Virus record (IMG/VR): IMGVR_UViG_3300011338_000644
Coordinates: 1 to 28,797 of that record
DNA: 28,797 nucleotides
Source of the DNA: a virus
Lineage: Duplodnaviria; Caudoviricetes
Reading direction: 5' to 3' (one strand)
This document shows, piece after piece, positions 1 to 7,875 of this stretch (position 1 is its first letter; each line of letters opens with the position of its first letter). A program made the translations under genes and the position numbers. The notes under the pieces are model-generated. The model was not told the DNA's origin. It searched no databases and saw only the letters and a program-made list of their open reading frames with translations.

Positions 1-86
1 GGAAGATTGGCAGAGTTGGTCTATCGCGACAGTCTTGAAAACTGTTGTACTGCAAGGTACCGTAGGTTCGAATCCTACATCTTCCG
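1..86 (+). tRNA. tRNA-Ser(UGA)
   Basis: Acceptor GGAAGAT/ATCTTCC, anticodon arm ACAGT-CTTGAAA-ACTGT, long variable arm, T-arm GTAGG-TTCGAAT-CCTAC; no encoded CCA. Confidence 0.96.
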
Positions 87-91
87 CTTAT

Positions 92-162
92 TACCCTTTC
101 GTCTAATGGCAGGACAATTGGTTTTGGTCCAATTAATCGAGGTTCGAGTCCTTGAGGGGTAA
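92..162 (+). tRNA. tRNA-Gln(UUG)
   Basis: Acceptor TACCCTT/AGGGGTA, anticodon arm ATTGG-TTTTGGT-CCAAT, T-arm CGAGG-TTCGAGT-CCTTG. Confidence 0.94.
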
Positions 163-167
163 CATTT

Positions 168-239
168 GCTCGGTTCGTCTAGGGGTTAGGACAGGAGATT
201 TTCATTCTTCAAACAGGGGTTCGATTCCCCTACCGAGTA
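168..239 (+). tRNA. tRNA-Glu(UUC)
   Basis: Acceptor GCTCGGT/ACCGAGT, anticodon arm GGAGA-TTTTCAT-TCTTC, T-arm AGGGG-TTCGATT-CCCCT. Confidence 0.94.
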
Positions 240-241
240 CA

Positions 242-249
242 ATATTTAT
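242..249 (+). promoter_or_regulatory. Putative phage late promoter, ATATTTAT motif
   Basis: Same motif sits in the intergenic gaps at 7360, 10415, 12991, 23342 and 28332, each ahead of an operon start. Confidence 0.55.
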
Positions 250-259
250 CATAAAATAG

Positions 260-306
260 GTTGTCGTTAATTAGTTTTATTAACCTTTAAAACATCTAAC
301 GACAAC
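260..306 (+). promoter_or_regulatory. Stem-loop immediately upstream of the ORF 308 start codon
   Basis: GTTGTCGTTA (260-269) is the exact reverse complement of TAACGACAAC (297-306); inner stem GTTTTA/TAAAAC; ends one nucleotide short of the ATG. Confidence 0.65.
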
Positions 307-307
307 A

Positions 308-2197
308 ATGAAAAAAATCCTTTTTTTCCTATTTTTCCTTGCCTCTGTAATCTCAGTAAGTGCAAAAACATTACCTGCTCCTGGAACTGGAATTTATGTA
401 TTAATTGATACTAACTACAATGTAAGTACTTCTTTAAGTCCTACAACTACTGCTAGTTTGTATTATACTAATACTACTAATACTTTAGTTACAGGTATGC
501 AATTTAGAGTATTCTATGATAAAGTAGCATTTAATGGTGCTGCTCCTACAGTCGCTTTAAAATACCCTAACACCGATCAAAATCTTCAATACAACGTTAA
601 TACAACCGACGGTTATATTACTATAACTTTGGTTTATACAGGTTCTAACGCCACTTTTAATTACGTTAACAGTGAATTAATAGCTATTACATTTACACAT
701 GCTGTAGCTGCTACATTTAATAGTTTAGCTACTATTTCTCCTTTAACTGTATCTGGTGTTCAAACCTTTCCAGCCTATGCTTCTAAAAACACAGGTATGG
801 ATACAACATTAAATTTATACAGTTACGGTGGTAATTTCTTAAGACCTACATTCTTATTTACTTCTACATTCACAAACGTGACAGGCACAGGTGCTAAAAA
901 TGTAACTATTGAAGTATCTAAAAAACCTAAAACAGGAGCAACATGGGCTTCAGTTGGAACTTATACTTCTGATTTAGATGGTAAGATTTCAATCAACCCA
1001 GTTATTGATACTACTTATTGGGATTTAAAATTCGCTGTTCAAGGTGATACAATGAATGTAGGTAAAATTATTTCAGTAGCCGATGCTCAAAAAGTAAACC
1101 AATTTGTATTAGGTACAGCTACTCCTACAGGATTTGATTTCTATACAGCTGATGTTAATAATTCAAATAATATCTCAATTTCAGATGTTTACTCTATATT
1201 TGGTAGAATTGCAGGTAGATTCCAAGTATGGCCTAATAATACACCAGATGTAAGATTCTTTACTTCAGCTGAATACGCTTTAATTGATGGTTCATCTACA
1301 AGTTTAAAATCAACAATACCAGGTGTTACTAATTTTGAGTATTATATAAATGGTACTTCAGTAGTAACATATTATATTGCTGGTTTAGGAGATGCTAATG
1401 GTACAGGTTTTAAAATGGCTAGATTAGTACCTATTCAAATATTAAATCCAAACAACGCTCCTAATTATATTATTGATCAAACGGTTGAATATTATGCTGG
1501 TTTAAATGAAATTGAAATTAATTTACCTAGTTTAAATGTAGTTGAAGGTAATTTAGTTAATATTCCTGTTAAAGTTTATACAAATGAAGATTTAGGTTCA
1601 TTACAATTAGCAATGAAATATGATAAAGATTTATTAGAATTTAAAGGCTTATATACAGACGAAAAACCTATGGCTTGGTTATCATTCTTAAACGCTACTG
1701 ATGGTGTAGTAGAGTGGGGTGGTGTAGATATGTCTAATAATAAATTTAACTTAACAAATAATGAACAAGTAGTTACATTACAATTTTTAGCTAAAAAACC
1801 TAAAGATGAATGGTCTGCAAGTCCTTTATATGTGTCACAAAAATATGTTGGTAATGCAAACGCATCTGATTTAGCGATTAGACCTACAGATGGTAGAATT
1901 CAAATTCAAAAAGCAATGAATACAGTCGCATTTAATCCAAACGAAGCTACTATAACTGTATTCCCTAACCCAACAGGTGGTTTAGTTACAGTACAATTCA
2001 ATATACCTAAGGATGGTATTACAACAGTTGCTATTGTAGATATGCAAGGTAATGTTAGACGTGAAATATTAAGTGGTAAAGTACCAGCTGGTGCTTATCA
2101 ATACTCAGTTAATTTAGATAATATGGCTCCAGGAACTTATTTAGCTGTATTAGAAAATAATGGAAAGGTTATATCAAATAAAACAATTTTAAACTAA
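308..2197 (+). CDS. Secreted cohesin-Ig-dockerin-cohesin protein with T9SS type A C-terminal sorting domain
   Basis: Signal peptide (..VSA/KT); cohesin-like VTGMQFRVFYD and NIPVKV..LGSLQLAMKYDKDLLEF; dockerin-like ISVADA..ADVNNSNNISISDV..GDANG; CTD ITVFPNPT..IVDMQG..GTYLAVL..NKTILN. Confidence 0.85.
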   Translation: MKKILFFLFFLASVISVSAKTLPAPGTGIYVLIDTNYNVSTSLSPTTTASLYYTNTTNTLVTGMQFRVFYDKVAFNGAAPTVALKYPNTDQNLQYNVNTTDGYITITLVYTGSNATFNYVNSELIAITFTHAVAATFNSLATISPLTVSGVQTFPAYASKNTGMDTTLNLYSYGGNFLRPTFLFTSTFTNVTGTGAKNVTIEVSKKPKTGATWASVGTYTSDLDGKISINPVIDTTYWDLKFAVQGDTMNVGKIISVADAQKVNQFVLGTATPTGFDFYTADVNNSNNISISDVYSIFGRIAGRFQVWPNNTPDVRFFTSAEYALIDGSSTSLKSTIPGVTNFEYYINGTSVVTYYIAGLGDANGTGFKMARLVPIQILNPNNAPNYIIDQTVEYYAGLNEIEINLPSLNVVEGNLVNIPVKVYTNEDLGSLQLAMKYDKDLLEFKGLYTDEKPMAWLSFLNATDGVVEWGGVDMSNNKFNLTNNEQVVTLQFLAKKPKDEWSASPLYVSQKYVGNANASDLAIRPTDGRIQIQKAMNTVAFNPNEATITVFPNPTGGLVTVQFNIPKDGITTVAIVDMQGNVRREILSGKVPAGAYQYSVNLDNMAPGTYLAVLENNGKVISNKTILN

Positions 2198-2207
2198 TAA
2201 ATTAAAC

Positions 2208-2564
2208 ATGGCAAAATTAAAAGAAATCCTAGGTTTAGGAGAAACAGAATTCAAGAAAGTAGACGATAAAAATCGCTTCTATTTTATGTTACAACAAATG
2301 CAAACTAACCGTTGGAAAATTACGGGTATTGTATTATTTTTATTTTTCTTTATTATCTTTGGAATTAACATGGCTGTATTTTTAAATATTACTATTCAAG
2401 AGTCTTGGAAAGAAATGTTACTTATCCTTTTAGGTGCCTTTGTAGGTAACTTAAATAAAGTAATTGACTACTGGTTTAACTCAGAAGATAGAGACAAAAT
2501 GTTAATCCAAAAAGTAGATGAAGAAGACGGTAAATCATTATCAAACACTATAACACAACAATAA
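2208..2564 (+). CDS. Two-TM small membrane protein, holin-like
   Basis: Two hydrophobic helices, LGAFVGNLNKVIDYWFNS resembling the 'v..yyFGS' end of phage holin-like proteins, charged C-terminal tail. Confidence 0.6.
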   Translation: MAKLKEILGLGETEFKKVDDKNRFYFMLQQMQTNRWKITGIVLFLFFFIIFGINMAVFLNITIQESWKEMLLILLGAFVGNLNKVIDYWFNSEDRDKMLIQKVDEEDGKSLSNTITQQ

Positions 2565-2565
2565 T

Positions 2566-2853
2566 ATGTCAGAAGAAACACAAGAATCAACTTGGTCAGG
2601 ATTGAAAAAAACAATCATTGGAACCTTAGCTACTGTAGTTACTGCAGGTGGAGCATGGGTTGGAACAACTTTATTTGGTGGTGAAGAGGCAGCTCCGGCT
2701 CCTGTTCAAGCAGCACCAACAATTAATATTACCCAGCAAGCAGCTCCAGCTGCTGCGCCAGCTACAAACACTACTATCATCCATGAGAAAACAGTAGAAA
2801 AAGCAGCTCCTGCTCAAAAAGAAGAAGCTAAAAAAGAAGAACAACCTTGGTAA
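2566..2853 (+). CDS. Single-pass membrane protein with Ala/Pro-rich extended tail
   Basis: KKTIIGTLATVVTAGGAWVG hydrophobic segment, AAPAP linkers, C-terminal EEQPW. Confidence 0.7.
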   Translation: MSEETQESTWSGLKKTIIGTLATVVTAGGAWVGTTLFGGEEAAPAPVQAAPTINITQQAAPAAAPATNTTIIHEKTVEKAAPAQKEEAKKEEQPW

Positions 2854-3605
2854 TGAAAAGTTTTTGGAATAAATACAAACACTTCATTATCGCAGTATTA
2901 GGATTAATGCTACTCACTACATTTGCTATAGATGCAAATGCTCAAGTGGGTAGCGTTAAAACTGAAAAATATCAGGCTGATTTTGAAAAGAAGCAATCTA
3001 TTGAATTAGTTGCTGATTATAATGGTCCTGTTATTCCTATTCAGATCTTAAAAATTGGTATTAATGAAGAACTATTTGAAATGTATCCTGAATTAAAGGA
3101 TAAAAGAGTAGGTTTAGGTGTAACTAATATTGTACTTGAATACTTAGAATATACTAATCGTTTTGAATTTACAGAAGATAAATTAGAAATCAAAGAAAAA
3201 ATGATTGCTCAATTTAAAGCTTCTAACAAAGGATTTACAGAAAATAAAATAGACGGTAAGGGTAAAATTAAATTAGCTCGTTATTTTGTTTATATTGAAG
3301 TATATGATTTTTCAGTCGCTGAAAATGAAATATTTGATATTCAAAAAGGTAAAAGTTATTCTAGAATAGACCAAACAACTACATTAGGTTTACAAGTTAG
3401 ATTTGTAGACGCTCAATCAGGAGAAGTAATTGTTGGATCTGGTTTAGGAGAAGCTGTTACTGTTAAAGAAACTACTATGTTAGGTGATATTGATGAAGTT
3501 AAATTTAATCAATCAACAATTGGTATTACTACTAAAAAATCACTTGAAACAGCATCATCACGTATTGTAAGTAAACTTATTAAAAAAGGTGTATTCCCAC
3601 AATGA
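2853..3605 (+). CDS. CsgG/curli-assembly-like (TolB-N/FlgO superfamily) envelope protein
   Basis: Signal peptide (..ANA/Q); VGLGVTNIVLEYL..NRFEFTE..ARYFVYIEVYDF..LQVRFVDAQSGEVI pattern typical of the CsgG family; ATG 2853 (TAATG overlap) preferred over TTG 2847. Confidence 0.75.
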   Translation: MKSFWNKYKHFIIAVLGLMLLTTFAIDANAQVGSVKTEKYQADFEKKQSIELVADYNGPVIPIQILKIGINEELFEMYPELKDKRVGLGVTNIVLEYLEYTNRFEFTEDKLEIKEKMIAQFKASNKGFTENKIDGKGKIKLARYFVYIEVYDFSVAENEIFDIQKGKSYSRIDQTTTLGLQVRFVDAQSGEVIVGSGLGEAVTVKETTMLGDIDEVKFNQSTIGITTKKSLETASSRIVSKLIKKGVFPQ

Positions 3606-4843
3606 AAAAATTTATAGTACTATTAGTTTTATTACTGCCTTTAGCTGTATTAGGCCAAAGTACTGTAAATTATTCATATAGTGATCCTTGTACTGGTAAA
3701 GTAAAGGATCTTACTTTTCTAGATAATCAGACTATTACTGTTAATTATTTAGGTTATATTCAAGCATTTGATTTTAATCAAATTAATAATGGTGATCTTG
3801 AAACTTGGATTAATGGAGTAGCAAGGCAAAATACATCTAGTCCATGTGAAGCAACTACCACAGTTGTAACTACATCAACTAACTTAGCAGTAACTACTAA
3901 TATTATATCTACTTTAACTAACGTTACTTCAGTAGCCACGTCAGTAGGTTCAAGTTTAGCAACTGCAGTTCCTATACCTATGCCTTCTACACCATCGCCT
4001 AGTCCTGCTCCTGGCCCTAAACCATCAGCACCGTCTTCAGGAGGAGAAGTAGAAGGAGACACAGGTGTAGAACCATCATCAAGTACAACTACAGATGGAG
4101 GATCAGATAATACAGGAGGCTCAGTTAGTAATGCTTCTGAAGGTACATCAAGTGAAGGAAGTAGTTCAAGTGGAGGAAGTGGAGGAACTAAAAGTACTAC
4201 TAAGTCTAAAGAAACAAAAACAAGTACAGGTAGTTTAATTGGATCTGGTGATATTGTTGTTACTAATAATAGAAACGATAATACAAATAACTTAAGAATG
4301 ACTGCTAGTATGACTAAGTCAAACTATAAGAATACATTTGCTCAAGGTTTCTTACTTAATTTTACAACAAAAATTAACAATTCTAATCTTACATTTTACA
4401 CAGCCTCTACTCATAAAAATTCTACTACTATATTTGCGAATTCAAGTTTAGTAAATGCTGATTATGATTTACTTAATACTACTACAGTAATGGAATCTTA
4501 TCGTTTTGGTAAGTTCTCAGCTATGGGAGGTGTTAATTTTACTTTAGGAAAAATAGGTAATAAAGGATTTCAAAATTTATCATCTGTTGGAGGAGGTTTC
4601 TATTTATTTCCGGTGAGTAAAACAATAACTGGTAATTTATTATTATTAGGTGTTTATTCTCCATTCACTCAATTTTATGATGGTAGATGGTGGAATAGTG
4701 GTTTATTACTAGTACCGTTTAGTTCTTGGGATTTTAAAATAACAAAAACATTTAAGTTTAATGTTAGTGTCTCAGGAGTATATGAATTAAATAAAAGTAT
4801 GTTAAATTACCAAGTATTAACTGGTGGGAAAATAATGCTATGA
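3602..4843 (+). CDS. Secreted protein: Cys-pair N-domain, P/S/G/T linker, C-terminal outer-membrane beta-barrel-like domain
   Basis: Signal peptide; DPCTG..SPCEA; low-complexity linker; about 200 C-terminal aa with alternating hydrophobic/aromatic strands. Confidence 0.65.
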   Translation: MKKFIVLLVLLLPLAVLGQSTVNYSYSDPCTGKVKDLTFLDNQTITVNYLGYIQAFDFNQINNGDLETWINGVARQNTSSPCEATTTVVTTSTNLAVTTNIISTLTNVTSVATSVGSSLATAVPIPMPSTPSPSPAPGPKPSAPSSGGEVEGDTGVEPSSSTTTDGGSDNTGGSVSNASEGTSSEGSSSSGGSGGTKSTTKSKETKTSTGSLIGSGDIVVTNNRNDNTNNLRMTASMTKSNYKNTFAQGFLLNFTTKINNSNLTFYTASTHKNSTTIFANSSLVNADYDLLNTTTVMESYRFGKFSAMGGVNFTLGKIGNKGFQNLSSVGGGFYLFPVSKTITGNLLLLGVYSPFTQFYDGRWWNSGLLLVPFSSWDFKITKTFKFNVSVSGVYELNKSMLNYQVLTGGKIML

Positions 4844-6096
4844 GATATTTGTTATTATTACTATTATTACCTTTAAATTTATTAGCGCAAAATTTTTCAT
4901 ATTCAGGATATATTTACAACGCTGATAATACAGGAGCAATTAATGTTCCTATAAAATTATACGCTAGAACATCAAATGTAGCTGCTGTAGTTCAAAATTC
5001 TGAACAATTTGGAGTATCTAATGGTTCAACTTGGTTAACTAAAAATACTTATAGTGCTACTCCTAATAATAGTACAACATATAATTATAGTACAACCAAT
5101 GCTTTTACAGTCACTACATCAGCAGGAGTAGCTACTATATCACCATTCACTTCTAATATCCCAGCTAATAGAAATAGAGGAACATCTGTTTTATTTTCAT
5201 CACTTAATTCAGATGAAGGTTCAGTAGTTATAACCTTTCCTTCAGGATTTGTTCCTTCTTTTTTAGGTACTAATTATTCTAGTGGTCATATAAATGCTAA
5301 CTCATGGTTTACATTTGGAACTAATAGTAGTTCAGGATATAGTGGTACTGCTACAAACCCAAATGCACCTACACTTCATATAGGATCTGTAAGTAACAGT
5401 AGTACAGATAATAATATGTCTTATACTAGTACAGAATCTTACACTGATCCTTATTGGGGAGATGTTTTTAGAGTAAGATATGAAGGTAATTCTAACTACA
5501 ATCAACAAGGTATTAATACAATTTATGATTTATATTTTATAAAAAATCAACCTAACACTCAGTTAGTTGTATGGAGACAATTCACTACAGATGGTTCATC
5601 TACATCAGTAAGTGGAGCACCTCCAGGACCTTGGACTTTAAACACTACATCTATTACTAATTTAAATGGTTATTATTTTTTTAATACAGGTCTAAGTACA
5701 TCATCTTATGAGTTTTACATTCAAATAGATGTACCATTACCTACCTCTAATTTAAAAGAAACAGATATTACTAACACACTTAAAGTAATAAATGGTAAAA
5801 TTCCTTTTAATAGTTCTTATTATTATTTAAATGATGTAAATGGAGATGGAAGAGTTACAGTATCTGATGCTTATTATATTAGTGCTAAAAAACAAGGAAA
5901 ATTTATAGAATGGGTAGGAGCTTTTAACTCTCGATTATTTACCTCCGCAGAATATTCAATAATTAAATCTAATATTTCAAACTTAAAACCGACTTACCCC
6001 GGCGTATCTTCAATTACTATATCTAGTCCCACAAATGGCGGCGGTAGTAATTATTATATTATAGCCCCGGGTTATAGCGATAATACAACATTTTAA
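4840..6096 (+). CDS. Secreted dockerin protein with inserted NIDO-like passenger domain
   Basis: Signal peptide; DVNGDGRVTVSDAYY dockerin loop; RLFTSAEY..LKPTYPGV..YYI shared with ORF 308; DEGSVVITFP..FLGTNYSSGHINANSWFTFG resembles NIDO-like motif. Confidence 0.75.
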   Translation: MRYLLLLLLLPLNLLAQNFSYSGYIYNADNTGAINVPIKLYARTSNVAAVVQNSEQFGVSNGSTWLTKNTYSATPNNSTTYNYSTTNAFTVTTSAGVATISPFTSNIPANRNRGTSVLFSSLNSDEGSVVITFPSGFVPSFLGTNYSSGHINANSWFTFGTNSSSGYSGTATNPNAPTLHIGSVSNSSTDNNMSYTSTESYTDPYWGDVFRVRYEGNSNYNQQGINTIYDLYFIKNQPNTQLVVWRQFTTDGSSTSVSGAPPGPWTLNTTSITNLNGYYFFNTGLSTSSYEFYIQIDVPLPTSNLKETDITNTLKVINGKIPFNSSYYYLNDVNGDGRVTVSDAYYISAKKQGKFIEWVGAFNSRLFTSAEYSIIKSNISNLKPTYPGVSSITISSPTNGGGSNYYIIAPGYSDNTTF

Positions 6097-6099
6097 AAT

Positions 6100-6903
6100 A
6101 TGAGATATATATTATTTATTTTATTATTTATTCCTATTTTAGCTTTTAGTCAAGCTGAACCTCCTCCACCTCCTGCTCCTGCGGCTCCTGCTCCTCAAGA
6201 AGATTTTGGTAATACTCAAAACAGTATTATGGGCGCTCAATCAAGATCATTTGGTGGTGGTTCTATTATTAAACCTAACCAAATACTTAATTCAGCTGAT
6301 TTTGCTATGATTGGGAGTCCAACATATGAGGAATTTTCATTTAGACCAGGAACTAGTTTAGGATGGGGTAATATAAATGATAGAAAAGGATATGGTATTA
6401 ATGCTGTTTTAACCTTTGATTTAACTCAACAAGCATATTCTTTTTATAGAAAAAATAAAAATTGGTATTATCATTTCAATTTTGGTAAATTAGGAATGGC
6501 TCTTAATACTGGTGGTAGTATAACTAGAGTTTGGGATTTAAAACATATTACATTAGGTGCCCAATTAGGTACATCTATTGTAGCCAATGGTGATAAATCA
6601 AATAAAGATGCCTATTTTGTTTTAGTACCATATACTGTATTAATGGCTCAAAAAGAAATTACTTTAACAAGAACAATACAATGGAAACCTGAGTTGTTTA
6701 TAACAGTATGTTCTCCATATTATGATATTGGTGAAAATTTTTTTGATAAATCAAATACATTTAATGCTGTAATTGGTAATTGTATAAGTATTCAAGCATC
6801 AAAACATTTTCAATTTAATATAACTCATAGAGGGAATATGAATACAACTCCAAAATGGGGACTAATGCATAACTTACTAATTGGTTCAACACTTAACTTT
6901 TAA
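6100..6903 (+). CDS. Outer-membrane beta-barrel-like protein
   Basis: Signal peptide, Pro-rich spacer, amphipathic strands, terminal NLLIGSTLNF with C-terminal Phe (beta-signal-like). Confidence 0.7.
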   Translation: MRYILFILLFIPILAFSQAEPPPPPAPAAPAPQEDFGNTQNSIMGAQSRSFGGGSIIKPNQILNSADFAMIGSPTYEEFSFRPGTSLGWGNINDRKGYGINAVLTFDLTQQAYSFYRKNKNWYYHFNFGKLGMALNTGGSITRVWDLKHITLGAQLGTSIVANGDKSNKDAYFVLVPYTVLMAQKEITLTRTIQWKPELFITVCSPYYDIGENFFDKSNTFNAVIGNCISIQASKHFQFNITHRGNMNTTPKWGLMHNLLIGSTLNF

Positions 6904-6905
6904 AT

Positions 6906-7358
6906 ATGAAACATCTATTAATCTTTTTACTCTTATTACTTCCATTTACATTATTAGCAAACGACTGTGTTTATGTAAACCAAATAACAGTAAATAAAAA
7001 ATTTAAAGAATTAAACAGCCGAAATATTAAATTTGGTATAAAACAAATAACAGAGGAATTACTATCAGAAAGACATTGTCTGGCGGACTCTTCTAACGCT
7101 GTTGATGTAGAAGTATATTCTATAGGAGCCCCTAAAACCACTATTCGAATTATAGGTGCCTCGTCAATATCTCAAGTTACTCAAATTAAATTAAAAGTAA
7201 CTTATAAAGGAGTAATATATGAAGGTTTAGGAGAAGCTGAAACTGATGTTAGATCTATGTTTATTGAATTAGAAAATAATGAAGTACCATTTAATAACAC
7301 TACTATATCAATAGCTTTAAAAAGAGCATTACAAAACGCTATACAAAGGTTACCTTAA
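6906..7358 (+). CDS. Short secreted CsgG-like paralog
   Basis: Signal peptide; GLGEAET..EVPFNNTTISIALKRALQNA aligns with GLGEAVT..EVKFNQSTIGITTKKSLETA of ORF 2853. Confidence 0.7.
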   Translation: MKHLLIFLLLLLPFTLLANDCVYVNQITVNKKFKELNSRNIKFGIKQITEELLSERHCLADSSNAVDVEVYSIGAPKTTIRIIGASSISQVTQIKLKVTYKGVIYEGLGEAETDVRSMFIELENNEVPFNNTTISIALKRALQNAIQRLP

Positions 7359-7359
7359 A

Positions 7360-7367
7360 ATATTTAT
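7360..7367 (+). promoter_or_regulatory. Putative late promoter ATATTTAT before endolysin
   Basis: Recurring intergenic motif. Confidence 0.5.
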
Positions 7368-7393
7368 TATTAAACAACTAAAATCAAAAAATT

Positions 7394-7864
7394 ATGCAAT
7401 TATCAAAGTATTTCACATTAGCTGAATTAACTCCTTCGGGAACAGCAAAACGTTTAGGTATTTCAAACGATCCAACTCCTGCACATTTAGAGTGTTTAAA
7501 AGGATTAGCGGTTAACGTATTAGACAAAGTAAGAGAACATTTTGGCAAACCAATTTGGGTTTCTTCAGGTTACCGTTCTAAAGCATTGAACGAGATTACT
7601 CCAGGTTCTAGTGCTACATCACAACATTGCTCAGGTGAAGCCGCTGATTTAGATCAAGACGGTAGAGGTACAGGTGTAACTAATAAAATGGTATTTGATT
7701 ATATTAAAGATCATTTAAATTTTGATCAATTGATTTATGAGTATGGTACTGATGCTAACCCTGATTGGGTTCATGTAAGCTGGGAATCTACAGGTAAACA
7801 AAGAAAACAAGTATTACGTTGTACTAGAGTAAACGGTAAACCAGTTTACACACCTTATAAGTAA
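7394..7864 (+). CDS. Peptidase M15 (M15A-type) Zn peptidase, probable endolysin
   Basis: LSKYFTLAEL start; SSGYRS; SQHCSGEAAD (HxxxxxxD); WVHVS. Confidence 0.9.
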   Translation: MQLSKYFTLAELTPSGTAKRLGISNDPTPAHLECLKGLAVNVLDKVREHFGKPIWVSSGYRSKALNEITPGSSATSQHCSGEAADLDQDGRGTGVTNKMVFDYIKDHLNFDQLIYEYGTDANPDWVHVSWESTGKQRKQVLRCTRVNGKPVYTPYK

Positions 7865-7875
7865 TTCACTTACAA

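Noticed and set aside
1-239. tRNAs as a prophage integration boundary with host genes following
   Set aside because: No integrase or att duplication seen; downstream genes share phage-like codon usage and the late motif; tRNA clusters are normal in large phages
3778-4062. Minus-strand ORF (94 aa)
   Set aside because: Shadow of the low-complexity region of ORF 3602; no motif
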